64,000 bases of DNA from Chloroflexota bacterium (GTDB taxonomy: Bacteria > Chloroflexota > Dehalococcoidia > Bin125), in the NCBI GenBank assembly GCA_009838915.1, contig VXQT01000013.1, positions 135,746-199,745 on the forward strand, given 5' to 3'. Shown one piece after another: positions 19,248 to 29,067 of the stretch; within the stretch, counting starts at the first letter, position 1; each line of letters begins with the position of its first letter. Under the pieces are notes generated by a model. It made no database searches, had not been told where the DNA came from, and saw nothing but the letters and a program-made list of their open reading frames with translations. The translations under genes and the position numbers were made by a program.

Positions 19248-20485
19248 CGGACCACACCTGCGGCGATCAGGGCGCCAAGTTCGTCAATGCCGAGTCCGAG
19301 CTCGCCACAGAGAATCTCGGCAGTGTGTTCGCCAAGCATCGGAGCGCGGACACCGTGGGTCCAGGGCGTTTCGCTGAGGATGTACGGAGCGCCTGGGAAG
19401 GTCACGGTTCGGTTTCGTTCCTCGTGCTCGACATCGATGAAGAATCCTCGGGAGCGCCAGTGCTCGTCGGCCAGACACTCGTCGGGCGTGCGGATGATGC
19501 TCCAGGCAGCGCCGGCGGCCTGTGCGCCAGCGTATATCTCTTCCGCTTCGTGGGCCGCGATGAACTCGGCGATGTCGGCGAGCATCATGGCGACCGTGGG
19601 CTGTTGGAGTCCGAGTTGACGCTTGCGCCCGTCGAGCAGTTCAACATCGGAGAGGTTTGGACCCATGCCGTGTTCCTGGATGAAGCCAACCAGGGCGAGC
19701 CAGCTTGCCTCGGATCGTGGCATGCCGAAAATGTTGATCAAGCGACCGTCGGATGTCGGATACTGCCACGGCTCGGTCGGCTGGGGACCTGCGTGGCGGC
19801 CGGCCTGTCGGATCAGGGGATGCTGCTCGTACAGCGCCCAGGGAGCGGAGGACTCGATGGTGAAGCCCATGCATTCGTGCATGGAGATGTCGATGTGTTG
19901 TCCGAGTCCGCTCTCTTGACGCTCGTAGAGCGCGGCGCAGACGCCGGTCGCAGCGAAGTAGCCCGAGATGTGACCCGCGTGGTGCTCGGTTGGACGGATC
20001 GGCGGCGTGCCCGGGATGTTGTCATATCCACAACTGCCCATCGGGCCACCGAGCGCCAATCCAACCGCGTCGGACCAGGCATGATCTCGCCACGGACCGG
20101 TCTGTCCGAATGGCGTGAGGCTGAGCACGATCAGCTCGGGCAAGTGGTCGGAGAGCGTAACCGGGTCGAACGGTCGCCCGCGCCCCGGCTGGCACGACTC
20201 CAGCACCACATCGGCGTCGGCGGCCAGTTGGAGGAACAGCTCAATGCCGTCGGCACTGTCGAGGTCGAGACCGACCGACCTCTTGCCGGCGCCGTAGTGC
20301 CACCAGTAGAGGCTGCGTTCGGGTCCGGGCCGGTCATCGAGGAACGGACCGTATGTGCGGCCGACATCCCCGCCCGGCGGTTCGATCTTGATTACGTCCG
20401 CGCCGAGGCCCGCAAGCAGCTTGCCGGCGAAGTGACCCTTCGGATCCGAGCAGTCGAGGACGCGAATGCGGTCGAGCGCTCCCAT
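19244..20485 (-). CDS. CoA transferase, family III (CaiB/BaiF)
   Basis: ...RVLDCSDPKGHFAGKLLAGLGADVIKIEPPGG... is the family-III N-terminus. I placed the start at the internal Met; the ORF extends to 20923 through an Arg-rich, low-complexity stretch that is probably not translated. Confidence 0.8.
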   Translation of the reverse strand: MGALDRIRVLDCSDPKGHFAGKLLAGLGADVIKIEPPGGDVGRTYGPFLDDRPGPERSLYWWHYGAGKRSVGLDLDSADGIELFLQLAADADVVLESCQPGRGRPFDPVTLSDHLPELIVLSLTPFGQTGPWRDHAWSDAVGLALGGPMGSCGYDNIPGTPPIRPTEHHAGHISGYFAATGVCAALYERQESGLGQHIDISMHECMGFTIESSAPWALYEQHPLIRQAGRHAGPQPTEPWQYPTSDGRLINIFGMPRSEASWLALVGFIQEHGMGPNLSDVELLDGRKRQLGLQQPTVAMMLADIAEFIAAHEAEEIYAGAQAAGAAWSIIRTPDECLADEHWRSRGFFIDVEHEERNRTVTFPGAPYILSETPWTHGVRAPMLGEHTAEILCGELGLGIDELGALIAAGVVR

Positions 20486-20487
20486 GG

Positions 20488-21744
20488 CTATCCCATCGCG
20501 CCGTTCAGTTGCAGCTCGGCGATGCGGTCGTCGCTGAATCCGAGCAGGTCGCCAAACACGTACTGGTTCGCCTCGCCGAGTTCGGGTCCGGGTAGGTCTC
20601 GATGGGCGGGTGTCCGGGAGTATCGGATCTGCAGCCCGTCGGTGAGGTGTTCGCCGATGACCGGATGGTGGCGCGTGACCGTCCACTCGCGTGCCTTCAT
20701 CTGCGGGTCGCTGACGACCAGATCGACCCCGTTCTGGACGACGCCGGCCGGCACGTCCGCGCTCTGCAGCCGCTGCATCAACGCGCGACCGTCCTGTCCG
20801 GCGGTCCAGGATCCGATGTTCTCGTCCAGTTCGTCCTGGTGGCGCAGGCGGGCGGGCAACGTGGCGAAGCGAGCGTCGGTGCGCCAATGCGGATGATCGC
20901 TGACCTCGCAGAACGCCTCCCACTCCGAATCGGACGTGCAGGTGATCATGATCCAGTTGTCGTCGCCGGCGGTGGGGTACGTATTGTGCGGCGCGGCCTG
21001 CGGCCAGACCGATCGGTTGCCCGGCGGATTGCCGGTGTCGCGATAACGGCGACCATTGACGGTGAAATCAAGCGTTGCGGGTGCGGTAAGCGCCATGCCG
21101 GTCTCGACCTGGGAGAGGTCGATCCACTGGCCTTGCCCGGTCTCCCGGCGGTGGCGCAGCGCCGCAGTGATGGCGGCTGCTGCAGTGAAGCCGGCCATGT
21201 GATCGAGGTATGAATAGCCCCAGCCGGCAGGCTCCGGCGCTTCGGGCATCCCGGACATCGAAGTGAGCCCACTGAGCGCCTGGGCGGTTGGTCCCCAGGT
21301 GGAGTAGTCACGCTGGGGTCCCGAGTGTCCAAACCCGGACAACGAGACGTAGATGATCTCGGGACTCTCGGCCTGCTGCTCTTCGTAACTCAGGCCCCAG
21401 TTCTCAAGAATTCGAGAGGAGTAGTTCTCGACCAGGACATCCGAGATGCGGATCAACCTCTTGATCAGGTCGAGGCCGTCAGGGTGGCGTGCGTTCACGG
21501 TGATAGAGCGCTTGTTGCGATCGAGCCAGTTGAACATCGCGCCGGAGTCGGGCGGGTCAAATCCGTTCGGGTGAGGTCGGCCGAAGCGAATCGAGTCCAG
21601 TGTCTGCTGATTCTCAACCCTGATGACTTCCGCTCCCAAGTCGCCGAGCAGCCGGGTGCAGGTGGGGCCGGCGACGATCCAGGTGAAGTCGATTACTCGG
21701 ACGCCGTCAAGCGGCGGTCGCGGGTTTGGCTCGGAATCGGTCAT
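20488..21744 (-). CDS. CoA transferase, family III (CaiB/BaiF), tandem paralog
   Basis: ...VRVIDFTWIVAGPTCTRLLGDLGAEVIRVE... is the family-III N-terminus. Confidence 0.8.
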   Translation of the reverse strand: MTDSEPNPRPPLDGVRVIDFTWIVAGPTCTRLLGDLGAEVIRVENQQTLDSIRFGRPHPNGFDPPDSGAMFNWLDRNKRSITVNARHPDGLDLIKRLIRISDVLVENYSSRILENWGLSYEEQQAESPEIIYVSLSGFGHSGPQRDYSTWGPTAQALSGLTSMSGMPEAPEPAGWGYSYLDHMAGFTAAAAITAALRHRRETGQGQWIDLSQVETGMALTAPATLDFTVNGRRYRDTGNPPGNRSVWPQAAPHNTYPTAGDDNWIMITCTSDSEWEAFCEVSDHPHWRTDARFATLPARLRHQDELDENIGSWTAGQDGRALMQRLQSADVPAGVVQNGVDLVVSDPQMKAREWTVTRHHPVIGEHLTDGLQIRYSRTPAHRDLPGPELGEANQYVFGDLLGFSDDRIAELQLNGAMG

Positions 21745-21759
21745 TGCAGAAGCGGCGTG

Positions 21760-22164
21760 CTACACAGGCTCGAACTTGGGCAAAGTGTGCTCGTCGGTGA
21801 CATCCTCAAACACAACCTTGACCCGCATGCCGACACGGATGTCATCCACCTCGACATTGACGAGGTTGGTATTCATCCGCGGGCCCTCGTCGAGTTGGAC
21901 GACGGCGAGGGTGTAGGGAATCTCTTCCTTCCATGAGGGATGGTAGAGCTGATGCATCCGCACCCAGGTGTAGACCTCGCCGTTGCCCGAAGACTCGCGC
22001 CATTCCCAGTCCGTGGACCAGTCCTTGTAACAGCGGTCGCTGTACGGGTATTGATAGTGATCGGCGGAGGGAAAGTACTGGAGCAGGAGCTTGTGCTCCC
22101 GGAGTCCGTCGAAGAATGGCTGCGTGTTCTCGTCGGGGCTGGGGAGCGGTTTGTCGTAGGCCAT
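21760..22164 (-). CDS. OB-fold domain protein (DUF35 family)
   Basis: 134 aa, DUF35-like. It lies directly upstream of a thiolase-like gene, which is the canonical DUF35/SCP2-thiolase pair. Confidence 0.6.
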   Translation of the reverse strand: MAYDKPLPSPDENTQPFFDGLREHKLLLQYFPSADHYQYPYSDRCYKDWSTDWEWRESSGNGEVYTWVRMHQLYHPSWKEEIPYTLAVVQLDEGPRMNTNLVNVEVDDIRVGMRVKVVFEDVTDEHTLPKFEPV

Positions 22165-22176
22165 GTGCGAGCGGTC

Positions 22177-23367
22177 CTAGTTGGCGTTGGGCGAGAGAAT
22201 GAGCGTGCCGTGGGTATCGAGGGTGCCGCCGTTACCGGAGCAGAGGACGATGTCGTGCTTCTCGATCTGACGGTCGCCGCCGGAGCCTCGGGCCTGGATT
22301 ACGCCCTCGGAGACCGGCGTCATGCCCCACATGTAGTAGGAGGAGAGCTGACCGCCGCCGGTGTTGATCGTGGGCAACTCGGCCTCGGGATCGGCGGGGT
22401 CCTCCGGATACAGACCGATCGCCTCGCCCGGCTTGGCCAGGCCGTAATCCTCGATCGTGCGCAGCACCGTGTAGGTGTAGCAGTCATAGAACTCACAGAC
22501 ATCGACATCCTCGGGTCCGACCCCGGCCATGCGGTAGGCGGTCTCTCCGGATACGGTCGCGCCGGAAGTGGTGCCGACCTCAATCTCGGCGTGCGGGAAG
22601 TTGCCGGGGTGTCCCTGACCCATGCCCCAGATGTAGGCCGGGGATGACTTGAGGTCGCGGGCGCGCTCGGCGGTTGTGACGATCGTGCAGACCGCGCCGT
22701 TGGAGACGAGGCAGCAGTCCAGCAGGTGGAAGGGTTCCACGATCCAGCGCGAGTTGTGATAGTCCTCGAGCGTCAGCGGCTGGCGCATGGTGGCGTGAGG
22801 ATTGTCGACGGCGTAGCGCCGCTGTGCGACGGAGACGCGGCCGAGATCGTTGTTGGTGATTCCGTACCGCTCCATGTAGCGACGTGCGGCCAGGGCGTAC
22901 GAGGTGTTGGCGCCATAGAAGCCGAAGGCGGGCATCAGCGAGGCCATGCCGGTCGGCCCCCGACGGCCTGCGCCTCCGTAGGCGGCGCCCGCCGAGCCGC
23001 CTTGCTGCAGCGGGGCGTCGGCGAAGATGCAGGCGACGTAGTTGGCCATGCCGTGATGAACGGCGAGCGCGGCGTACTGGACCATCGCCGAGGCGGTCGC
23101 GCCGAACGAATTCATGTGATTGAGCAAGCGCAGATTGCGCAATCCGAGGTATCCCTGCAAGGGGATGCTGATCCCGGTGCCCATCATTCCGGTGATGCCC
23201 GGGTTGACGAGCAGACCGTCAATGTCGTCCTTCTCAAGGCCTGCGTCCTCGATCGCGAGTCGGATCGATTCACCGGCGAACCACGAGGCGTCGTGTCCGT
23301 AGACCTTGCCCATCTCGGTGATGCCAAGTCCGCAAATGGCGGTCTGTCCCCTGATCGGATCGCTCAT
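22177..23367 (-). CDS. Thiolase-like protein (SCP2/lipid-transfer-protein type)
   Basis: Thiolase fold with a Cys at ICGLG. Ltp/SCP-x-like, non-condensing type. 396 aa. Confidence 0.75.
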   Translation of the reverse strand: MSDPIRGQTAICGLGITEMGKVYGHDASWFAGESIRLAIEDAGLEKDDIDGLLVNPGITGMMGTGISIPLQGYLGLRNLRLLNHMNSFGATASAMVQYAALAVHHGMANYVACIFADAPLQQGGSAGAAYGGAGRRGPTGMASLMPAFGFYGANTSYALAARRYMERYGITNNDLGRVSVAQRRYAVDNPHATMRQPLTLEDYHNSRWIVEPFHLLDCCLVSNGAVCTIVTTAERARDLKSSPAYIWGMGQGHPGNFPHAEIEVGTTSGATVSGETAYRMAGVGPEDVDVCEFYDCYTYTVLRTIEDYGLAKPGEAIGLYPEDPADPEAELPTINTGGGQLSSYYMWGMTPVSEGVIQARGSGGDRQIEKHDIVLCSGNGGTLDTHGTLILSPNAN

Positions 23368-23453
23368 GTGAAACTCCTCGCGAGTGCGGGCTCAGTTTAG
23401 CAGCGGTCAGGACGCATTCCGACCAACCCGATCCGAGTGAGAAGCGCGGACAG

Positions 23454-24266
23454 CTAGAGCACCGTGATGTCTTCGCCGCCGTCGACGTTAATCGTGTTGC
23501 CCGTGACCCAGTTGGAGTCGTCGAGGCTGAGGGCGATGATGGCTCGGGCGATGTCGCCGGGCTCGGTGACCCGGCCGGAAGGATTGTGATTCTGGGCGAA
23601 GTCGAGGAGTTGCATGCCGGCCGGAATCTTCTCGAGCGCAGGCGTGTGGGTGATGCCGGCCTTGATCGCGTTGGCGGCGATGCCCTGCGGGGCGAGTTCG
23701 ACGGCAAGTTGTCGCAGGTGCGCGGCGAGGGCCGCCTTGGCCGCCGAGACTGCGCCGTACTGGGGAATCACGCGAAGATCTCCGCCCGAGGTCATGCCGT
23801 AGACCTTGCTGCCCCGGCCGAGCAGGCCGCGGCCGACCATGTCCTGCGTCCAATAGACAAGGGAGTTGGCCATCACGTCGAGCGTCATCTCCATCTGCCG
23901 CTGGGTGATCGGGCGGTCTTCCTTCTCGCCGATGTATGGACCCAGCGTGCCGAAGGCGAGGGAGTGCAAGAGGACTCGTACCGTCCCTGGGCCTCCCTCG
24001 GTATCAAGTTGCTCGCGCAACGCGTCGAGCATCTCGCCGCGCTTGGCGGCGTCGGCGGCGTTCATGTTGCGAAACACCGCCTGGCGGCCGTGCGCTTCAA
24101 TCTCAGCGGTGATCCGCTCGACGCTGGCCATCGTGGAGCGGCGGTCGAGGTGCACGCCGGCGATGTGCATGCCGGCCTCTGCCAGCGCCACCGCCGCGCT
24201 GCCGCCGAAGCCGGAAGAAGCGCCGAGGATCAAGGCCCACTGTCCGTCGAGTTGCGGGTATCGCAC
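23454..24266 (-). CDS. SDR family oxidoreductase
   Basis: ALILGASSGFG Rossmann motif, with YxxxK at YGAVSAAK. GTG start chosen because AGGAG lies 7 nt upstream; the ORF track extends to 24437. Confidence 0.75.
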   Translation of the reverse strand: MRYPQLDGQWALILGASSGFGGSAAVALAEAGMHIAGVHLDRRSTMASVERITAEIEAHGRQAVFRNMNAADAAKRGEMLDALREQLDTEGGPGTVRVLLHSLAFGTLGPYIGEKEDRPITQRQMEMTLDVMANSLVYWTQDMVGRGLLGRGSKVYGMTSGGDLRVIPQYGAVSAAKAALAAHLRQLAVELAPQGIAANAIKAGITHTPALEKIPAGMQLLDFAQNHNPSGRVTEPGDIARAIIALSLDDSNWVTGNTINVDGGEDITVL

Positions 24267-24315
24267 GGTTCGGCTCCTCGCTGCTGGGCGTTCTGTGTTG
24301 GTCGGGCGCGGCGAC

Positions 24316-25641
24316 TCAGAGGCGCTGAGCGCCGGTGAATCGCCTGACGACCTCGAAGAGAATCTGAGCCCCGGTGTTGAGCCCCTCGATGGGCGTGCGC
24401 TCATTGTGTCCGTGCACGCCGGAAGCGAGCGATGCATCCATCAGGGTGGGCACGAAGCCGTAGGAGTGCACGCCGTGACGCCTGAGCACGCGGGAATCGG
24501 TGAAGCCGACACAGGTGGAGGGCACGACGAGCGCGCCTTCGACTTGTTCGCGGACTACATCTTCGATCACACTGACAATCTCAGTCTCGAAGCTGCTCGC
24601 CGGTCCCATGCTGCCGAAGACGACCTCGATCTCAACCTTGTCGTCGTCAATCACGTCGCGCATGTTGGCGATGAAGTCGTCGTACGTCTCGCCGGGCAGG
24701 AGCCGGCAGTCGAGCGTAGCCTCCGCATCGGCGGGGATGACGTTGTGTTTGATGCCTGAGGTGGCGCCCGTGTTGGAAATGGTATCGCGCGTGACGGCGG
24801 CGAATGCCGGATACGTCTGACAGAGCTTGTTGATGCTCGGCGCAGTGCCGCTCCAGGCGTTGGCGTCGCGCATGCGTTGCAGCGCTTCGGCAGTGTGCGG
24901 TTGGACGGTAACGGCCCGGTCCCAGTTCTGGATTGCGTACAGCGCACGAATCAGTCGCTCGACGGCGTTGTCGCCGTGGGGGGTCGAGCCATGTCCCGGC
25001 TGGCCCTCAGCACGGAGCTTGAGCCAGAGCGGAGATTTCTCCGAGGGGGCGCAGGCGAACACGGGCCGATTGGAGCCGAGCATGTTGAGCGCGCCCATGC
25101 CGCCTTCATTGAGCGCGTACTCCGGCTCCGTGATCCAGTCCTGTTGGTTCTGGTCGAGCCACTCCATGCCGAACATTGAACCGGCCTCCTCGTCGGCGAC
25201 GGCAAGGAAGACGATGTCGCGGTTGGGCGTCAGGTGTAGCCGCTTGAACAGGAGCATGACGAGCAGTTCGAGCACACCCATGCCCTTCATGTCGAGCGCG
25301 CCACGACCCCAGAGCATGCCGTCTTTCTCGACGGCGGCGAAGGGATCCACCTCCCAGAACTCCTCCTGCACAGGCACGACGTCGGTGTGGTTGAGCAGCA
25401 TCAGCGGGCGTGCCTCGCCGGTTCCGGCGAGCCGCGTGCGCATTGAGACACGACCCGGACCTGCCTGCACGTACTCGCACTCGTAGCCCTCCGCCTCGAG
25501 TATGGGAGCGAGGAACTCGGCTGCGGCCTGCTCATTGCCGGGCGGATTCGACGTGTTGACCTGCAGGTAGTCGCGCAGGATCGACGTGACTTCGGCCGTC
25601 ACGTCGGCCCAGTTGATGCCAAGATGGGGTGTAGTAGTCAT
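24316..25641 (-). CDS. M20 family metallopeptidase (ArgE/DapE/dipeptidase-like)
   Basis: Metal ligands in ...NHTDVVP... and ...DMKG... context. M20 dimerisation domain. Confidence 0.75.
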   Translation of the reverse strand: MTTTPHLGINWADVTAEVTSILRDYLQVNTSNPPGNEQAAAEFLAPILEAEGYECEYVQAGPGRVSMRTRLAGTGEARPLMLLNHTDVVPVQEEFWEVDPFAAVEKDGMLWGRGALDMKGMGVLELLVMLLFKRLHLTPNRDIVFLAVADEEAGSMFGMEWLDQNQQDWITEPEYALNEGGMGALNMLGSNRPVFACAPSEKSPLWLKLRAEGQPGHGSTPHGDNAVERLIRALYAIQNWDRAVTVQPHTAEALQRMRDANAWSGTAPSINKLCQTYPAFAAVTRDTISNTGATSGIKHNVIPADAEATLDCRLLPGETYDDFIANMRDVIDDDKVEIEVVFGSMGPASSFETEIVSVIEDVVREQVEGALVVPSTCVGFTDSRVLRRHGVHSYGFVPTLMDASLASGVHGHNERTPIEGLNTGAQILFEVVRRFTGAQRL

Positions 25642-25665
25642 GGGTCGAGTATAGGTTTCGCCTGG

Positions 25666-26487
25666 CTAGCTTCCGTGCTCATGAGCGGCGCGGATGCGCT
25701 TGACTTCGGCGGTGATGCGCGACATCAGCTCGCCGGCGCGGTCGTGGATGGCAACGGCGCAATAGTTGGTGATCACGGTGGGGTCGAGATTAACCTCGAT
25801 CATCGGGTGGCCGCGCTGACCGACGGCAAAGGCGAAGTCGGCGGCGGGCGAGACCACGGCGGTCGTGCCCACCAGGATCACGCAGTCGGCCTTGGACGAC
25901 TCGACATAACAGCGCTGGAGGCAGTCGGGCGGAATCGGTTCGCCGAACATGACGGTGTCGGTCTTGACGATGCCGCCGCACTGATCACAACGCGGCGGGA
26001 ACACTTCCGGAATCTCGTCAAACGGCGAGCGGGTGTTGCAGCTCATGCAACGAAGCAGTGTCGTGCATCCGTGGATCTCGGTCAGGCTCTCGGCCCCGGC
26101 GAGCCGATGCAAGCCGTCGACATTCTGCGTGATGATGTGTTTGAGCACGCCAATACGTTCGAGTTCCGCCATCGCGTAGTGGGCGTCGTTGGGCTGGGCT
26201 TCGGCAATGGTGGCGGTGAGTTCGTCTGGATTGCGTCGGCGTTCGGCGACCTGCTGCCACCATGCGGCGGGATCCTCGGAGAACTGCTCGTACTGATTGA
26301 GGGGAGGCTCCCCGTGCTTGGTCCAGAGTCCGTCCTTGCCCCTGAACGTGGGGATTCCGGACTCAGCCGAGATTCCGGCGCCGGTCAAGGCGATGCAGTA
26401 ACGGGACTGGGCGAGCAGCTCGGCGGCGCGCTCGATCGACTCCTGGTGCTGATCGTGCGGAGCGCCGTGTTCGAATGAGTGGGACAT
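25666..26487 (-). CDS. NAD-dependent protein deacylase, Sir2 family
   Basis: GAGISAESGIPTFRG, TQNVDGLH, and a zinc ribbon CMSC...CDQC. Internal ATG preceded by GAGGA chosen as start. Confidence 0.85.
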   Translation of the reverse strand: MSHSFEHGAPHDQHQESIERAAELLAQSRYCIALTGAGISAESGIPTFRGKDGLWTKHGEPPLNQYEQFSEDPAAWWQQVAERRRNPDELTATIAEAQPNDAHYAMAELERIGVLKHIITQNVDGLHRLAGAESLTEIHGCTTLLRCMSCNTRSPFDEIPEVFPPRCDQCGGIVKTDTVMFGEPIPPDCLQRCYVESSKADCVILVGTTAVVSPAADFAFAVGQRGHPMIEVNLDPTVITNYCAVAIHDRAGELMSRITAEVKRIRAAHEHGS

Positions 26488-26783
26488 GGCCGGCATCCTC
26501 AGATACGAGAACGCCCCCTTGCGGGGGCGCATCATCCTGTGTGCATCAGGCTCCCTAACGGGAGCCGAGCCTGTCGACTTGAAGTACTCCGTACAGGAGG
26601 TGAATGTTCAGCTTGCGCATCGAGTCCTCCTTCCAGTTCCCAACCGTCGTCATGGTAACGCATGCCACGCAGCTTGTCATCCGCCGGTTGAGGATCGGCG
26701 GTGGGACGAACTCGGATACACTTCTGACGTAACGGATTGCACCAGCTACGGCGTAACTGCGCATCAACTGAGGAGTGCGGCCG

Positions 26784-28091
26784 ATGTTGAGGTTGGCCAA
26801 CCCATTGCCAGGCCACCGCATCGGTGGATGGGCCGTGCTGGACAGTCCGCCGCAACGCGTCGCCGCCGGCGGCCAGCGCTGGTCGCTGCTCATCCTCGTG
26901 GCCGCAGCGATGGTCGCCATATTGTCTGTGGCTTTTGAACTGCGAATTGGGTCGGGCCCGGAGCCGAGGGCGGCAGCAGTGGCGGCGGAAGCGGCGGGAC
27001 TGGCAACAGGCCCGAGTGAGTCGGCAGCTCAGCAGACAACGATCGAGCGGCAACGGCCGCTTGTAGCAGGAACAACCGTCGCCACGCCAACGGCCGACTC
27101 GTCGGCTCTGCGCACATCATCGCCGGCAGCAGCGGATCGAGCTGCGCTCGATGCTCCACTGTCGCTTCCGACGACGGGAGAGACCGTATTGGTTCCCACG
27201 CTGTCGGAGGCCTCCGAAGCGACGACAGCAGGAGATGTCGCGCTTGCCGAAGCGCGGGTCGAGCCGCTAGACGCAGCATCGCGGATTCGCGAGTACCTGG
27301 GACTCCATCCAGGTGCGCAGCTGCCCGTCTCGTTCAGCTATGAAGTGCAAGTCGGGGACACCGCCTCGAGCATCGCCAGGCGATTCGGCCTGGAGGAAGC
27401 GACAGTCCTGTTCAACAACTTCGACATCTATGACGCCGATCACCTGACCGTTGGACAGATCCTGCAGCTTCCGCCGATCGACGGACTGGTGTACACCGTC
27501 CAGCCGGGCGACACACTGGACAGGCTGGAGCTGAACTTCCTGGCCGACTCCGCCGCGACGGTCGCATTCCCTGCGAACGGCATCGCCAGTCCCGATCAGA
27601 TCCAGGTGGGGCAACAGCTGTTGCTGGTTCATGGTTCGGCATCACTGTCGGGCGCCGAAACCGCGAGCGCGAGTACGTCCGGCGGTGGGCAGCCCGCACA
27701 GGCCTGGTCTGAGCCGACCTTCGTCTGGCCGTTGGGTCCAGATGGGATCAGCGATCCGTTTGGGACTCCGAGAGCGAACGCGTTCGGCTATCACACTGGG
27801 GTCGACTTCCTTGCGCCGATCGGTACGATCGTGGGCGCCACGGCCGGCGGTCAGGTAACAGTCGCTACCTGGGATCCGTCATACGGAAACTGGGTCGAGA
27901 TCAGCCATGGCGGCGGGTATCGGTCGCGATACGCGCATCTCGACGAGATCTGGGTGCGCGAGGGTGAGTGGGTGCAGTCCAACGCCTACATTGGGACGGT
28001 TGGTAACACCGGGAACTCCTCGGGAGCTCACCTGCATTTCGAGATCATCATCAATGGGCAGGCGGTCAATCCGCTCGCCTGGCTGAACTAG
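26784..28091 (+). CDS. M23 family metallopeptidase with LysM domains
   Basis: TM anchor, two LysM-like repeats (YEVQVGDTASSIARRFG and YTVQPGDTLDRL), and a C-terminal M23 domain (HTGVDF... / GNTGNSSGAHLHFE). Confidence 0.85.
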   Translation: MLRLANPLPGHRIGGWAVLDSPPQRVAAGGQRWSLLILVAAAMVAILSVAFELRIGSGPEPRAAAVAAEAAGLATGPSESAAQQTTIERQRPLVAGTTVATPTADSSALRTSSPAAADRAALDAPLSLPTTGETVLVPTLSEASEATTAGDVALAEARVEPLDAASRIREYLGLHPGAQLPVSFSYEVQVGDTASSIARRFGLEEATVLFNNFDIYDADHLTVGQILQLPPIDGLVYTVQPGDTLDRLELNFLADSAATVAFPANGIASPDQIQVGQQLLLVHGSASLSGAETASASTSGGGQPAQAWSEPTFVWPLGPDGISDPFGTPRANAFGYHTGVDFLAPIGTIVGATAGGQVTVATWDPSYGNWVEISHGGGYRSRYAHLDEIWVREGEWVQSNAYIGTVGNTGNSSGAHLHFEIIINGQAVNPLAWLN

Positions 28092-28158
28092 CCGAGCGTC
28101 GGCCGGAGCGACACCTCGCCAGGTACGCGGTCCGAGTTGAGTCACAAGTCCGTTCGGC

Positions 28159-29067
28159 ATGGAGGTTGTCATGAGCGCAGACGGCGCCGGATTCGACGAA
28201 GCGCAGTGGACGCACGGCTACGCGACCACCAATGGCGTCAGGTTGCACTATGTGACCCAGGGCGAGGGACCGTTGGTCCTGCTGCTGCATGGATTCCCCG
28301 AGCACTGGTACTCGTGGCGCCACCAGATCGGACCGCTGGCCGAGGCTGGATTCCGCGTCGTCGCGCCGGACATGCGCGGCTACAACCTCTCCGACAAGCC
28401 GCGCGGCGGCTACGACATCAAGAACCTGACCAAGGATGTGCGCGGCCTGATCCGCGAGATGGGCGAGCGGTCGGCAACGATCGTCGGTCACGACTGGGGT
28501 GGAGTCATTTCGCTGCAGTTCCCGGTCGACTATCCACAGGCCTGCGATCGACTGATCGTCATGAATGCGCCGCTGGTGCGCTCCTGGTACTGGGGTCGCC
28601 GAAACTACCCGAACAATCTCTATGCGCTCCTAATGCAGGTGCCGGGATTGGCCGAGCGGCGCAACTGGTCGGACATTGATGCGACGACGAATGCCGTGTT
28701 CACTGGCGTGGGCGCGCGCGAGGGCGCGTTTAGCGACAAGGACATCGCGATCTTCGCCGAAGCGCTAAAGCAGCCAAGGGCGCTGTCGTCGGCGATGAAG
28801 TACTACCGCTCGATCTATTGGCCCGACTGGTTCCTGACCTGGCCGGACCGACATGCGCGTATCACCTGTCCGACCCAGTTCATCTGGGGGGTAGACGACC
28901 AGGCCGTTCGGCTCCCCTTCATGGAGGAGGCGGCGGAACGAGTGGACGACCTGCGCACGGTGCTGATCGAGAACGCCGGACACTGGGTGCAGCAGGAGCA
29001 GCCTGAACAGGTGACGGCGGCGATGCTTGAGTTCCTTGCGCCGCAAGGCAGCAGAGAGTCCGGCTGA
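28159..29067 (+). CDS. Alpha/beta hydrolase (epoxide-hydrolase-like)
   Basis: HGFPEHWYSWRHQ and GHDWGG nucleophile-elbow variant, typical of epoxide/haloalkane-hydrolase-like enzymes. Confidence 0.75.
   Translation: MEVVMSADGAGFDEAQWTHGYATTNGVRLHYVTQGEGPLVLLLHGFPEHWYSWRHQIGPLAEAGFRVVAPDMRGYNLSDKPRGGYDIKNLTKDVRGLIREMGERSATIVGHDWGGVISLQFPVDYPQACDRLIVMNAPLVRSWYWGRRNYPNNLYALLMQVPGLAERRNWSDIDATTNAVFTGVGAREGAFSDKDIAIFAEALKQPRALSSAMKYYRSIYWPDWFLTWPDRHARITCPTQFIWGVDDQAVRLPFMEEAAERVDDLRTVLIENAGHWVQQEQPEQVTAAMLEFLAPQGSRESG

Noticed and set aside
19061-20896. 611-aa plus-strand ORF
   Set aside because: It is antisense to the two CoA-transferase genes. It has no motifs.
20486-20923. Arg-rich 146-aa N-terminal extension of the CoA-transferase ORF
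   Set aside because: Low-complexity Arg/Pro composition. The family-III transferase fold begins at the internal Met (MGALDRIRVLD...). The extension overlaps the stop of the upstream gene.
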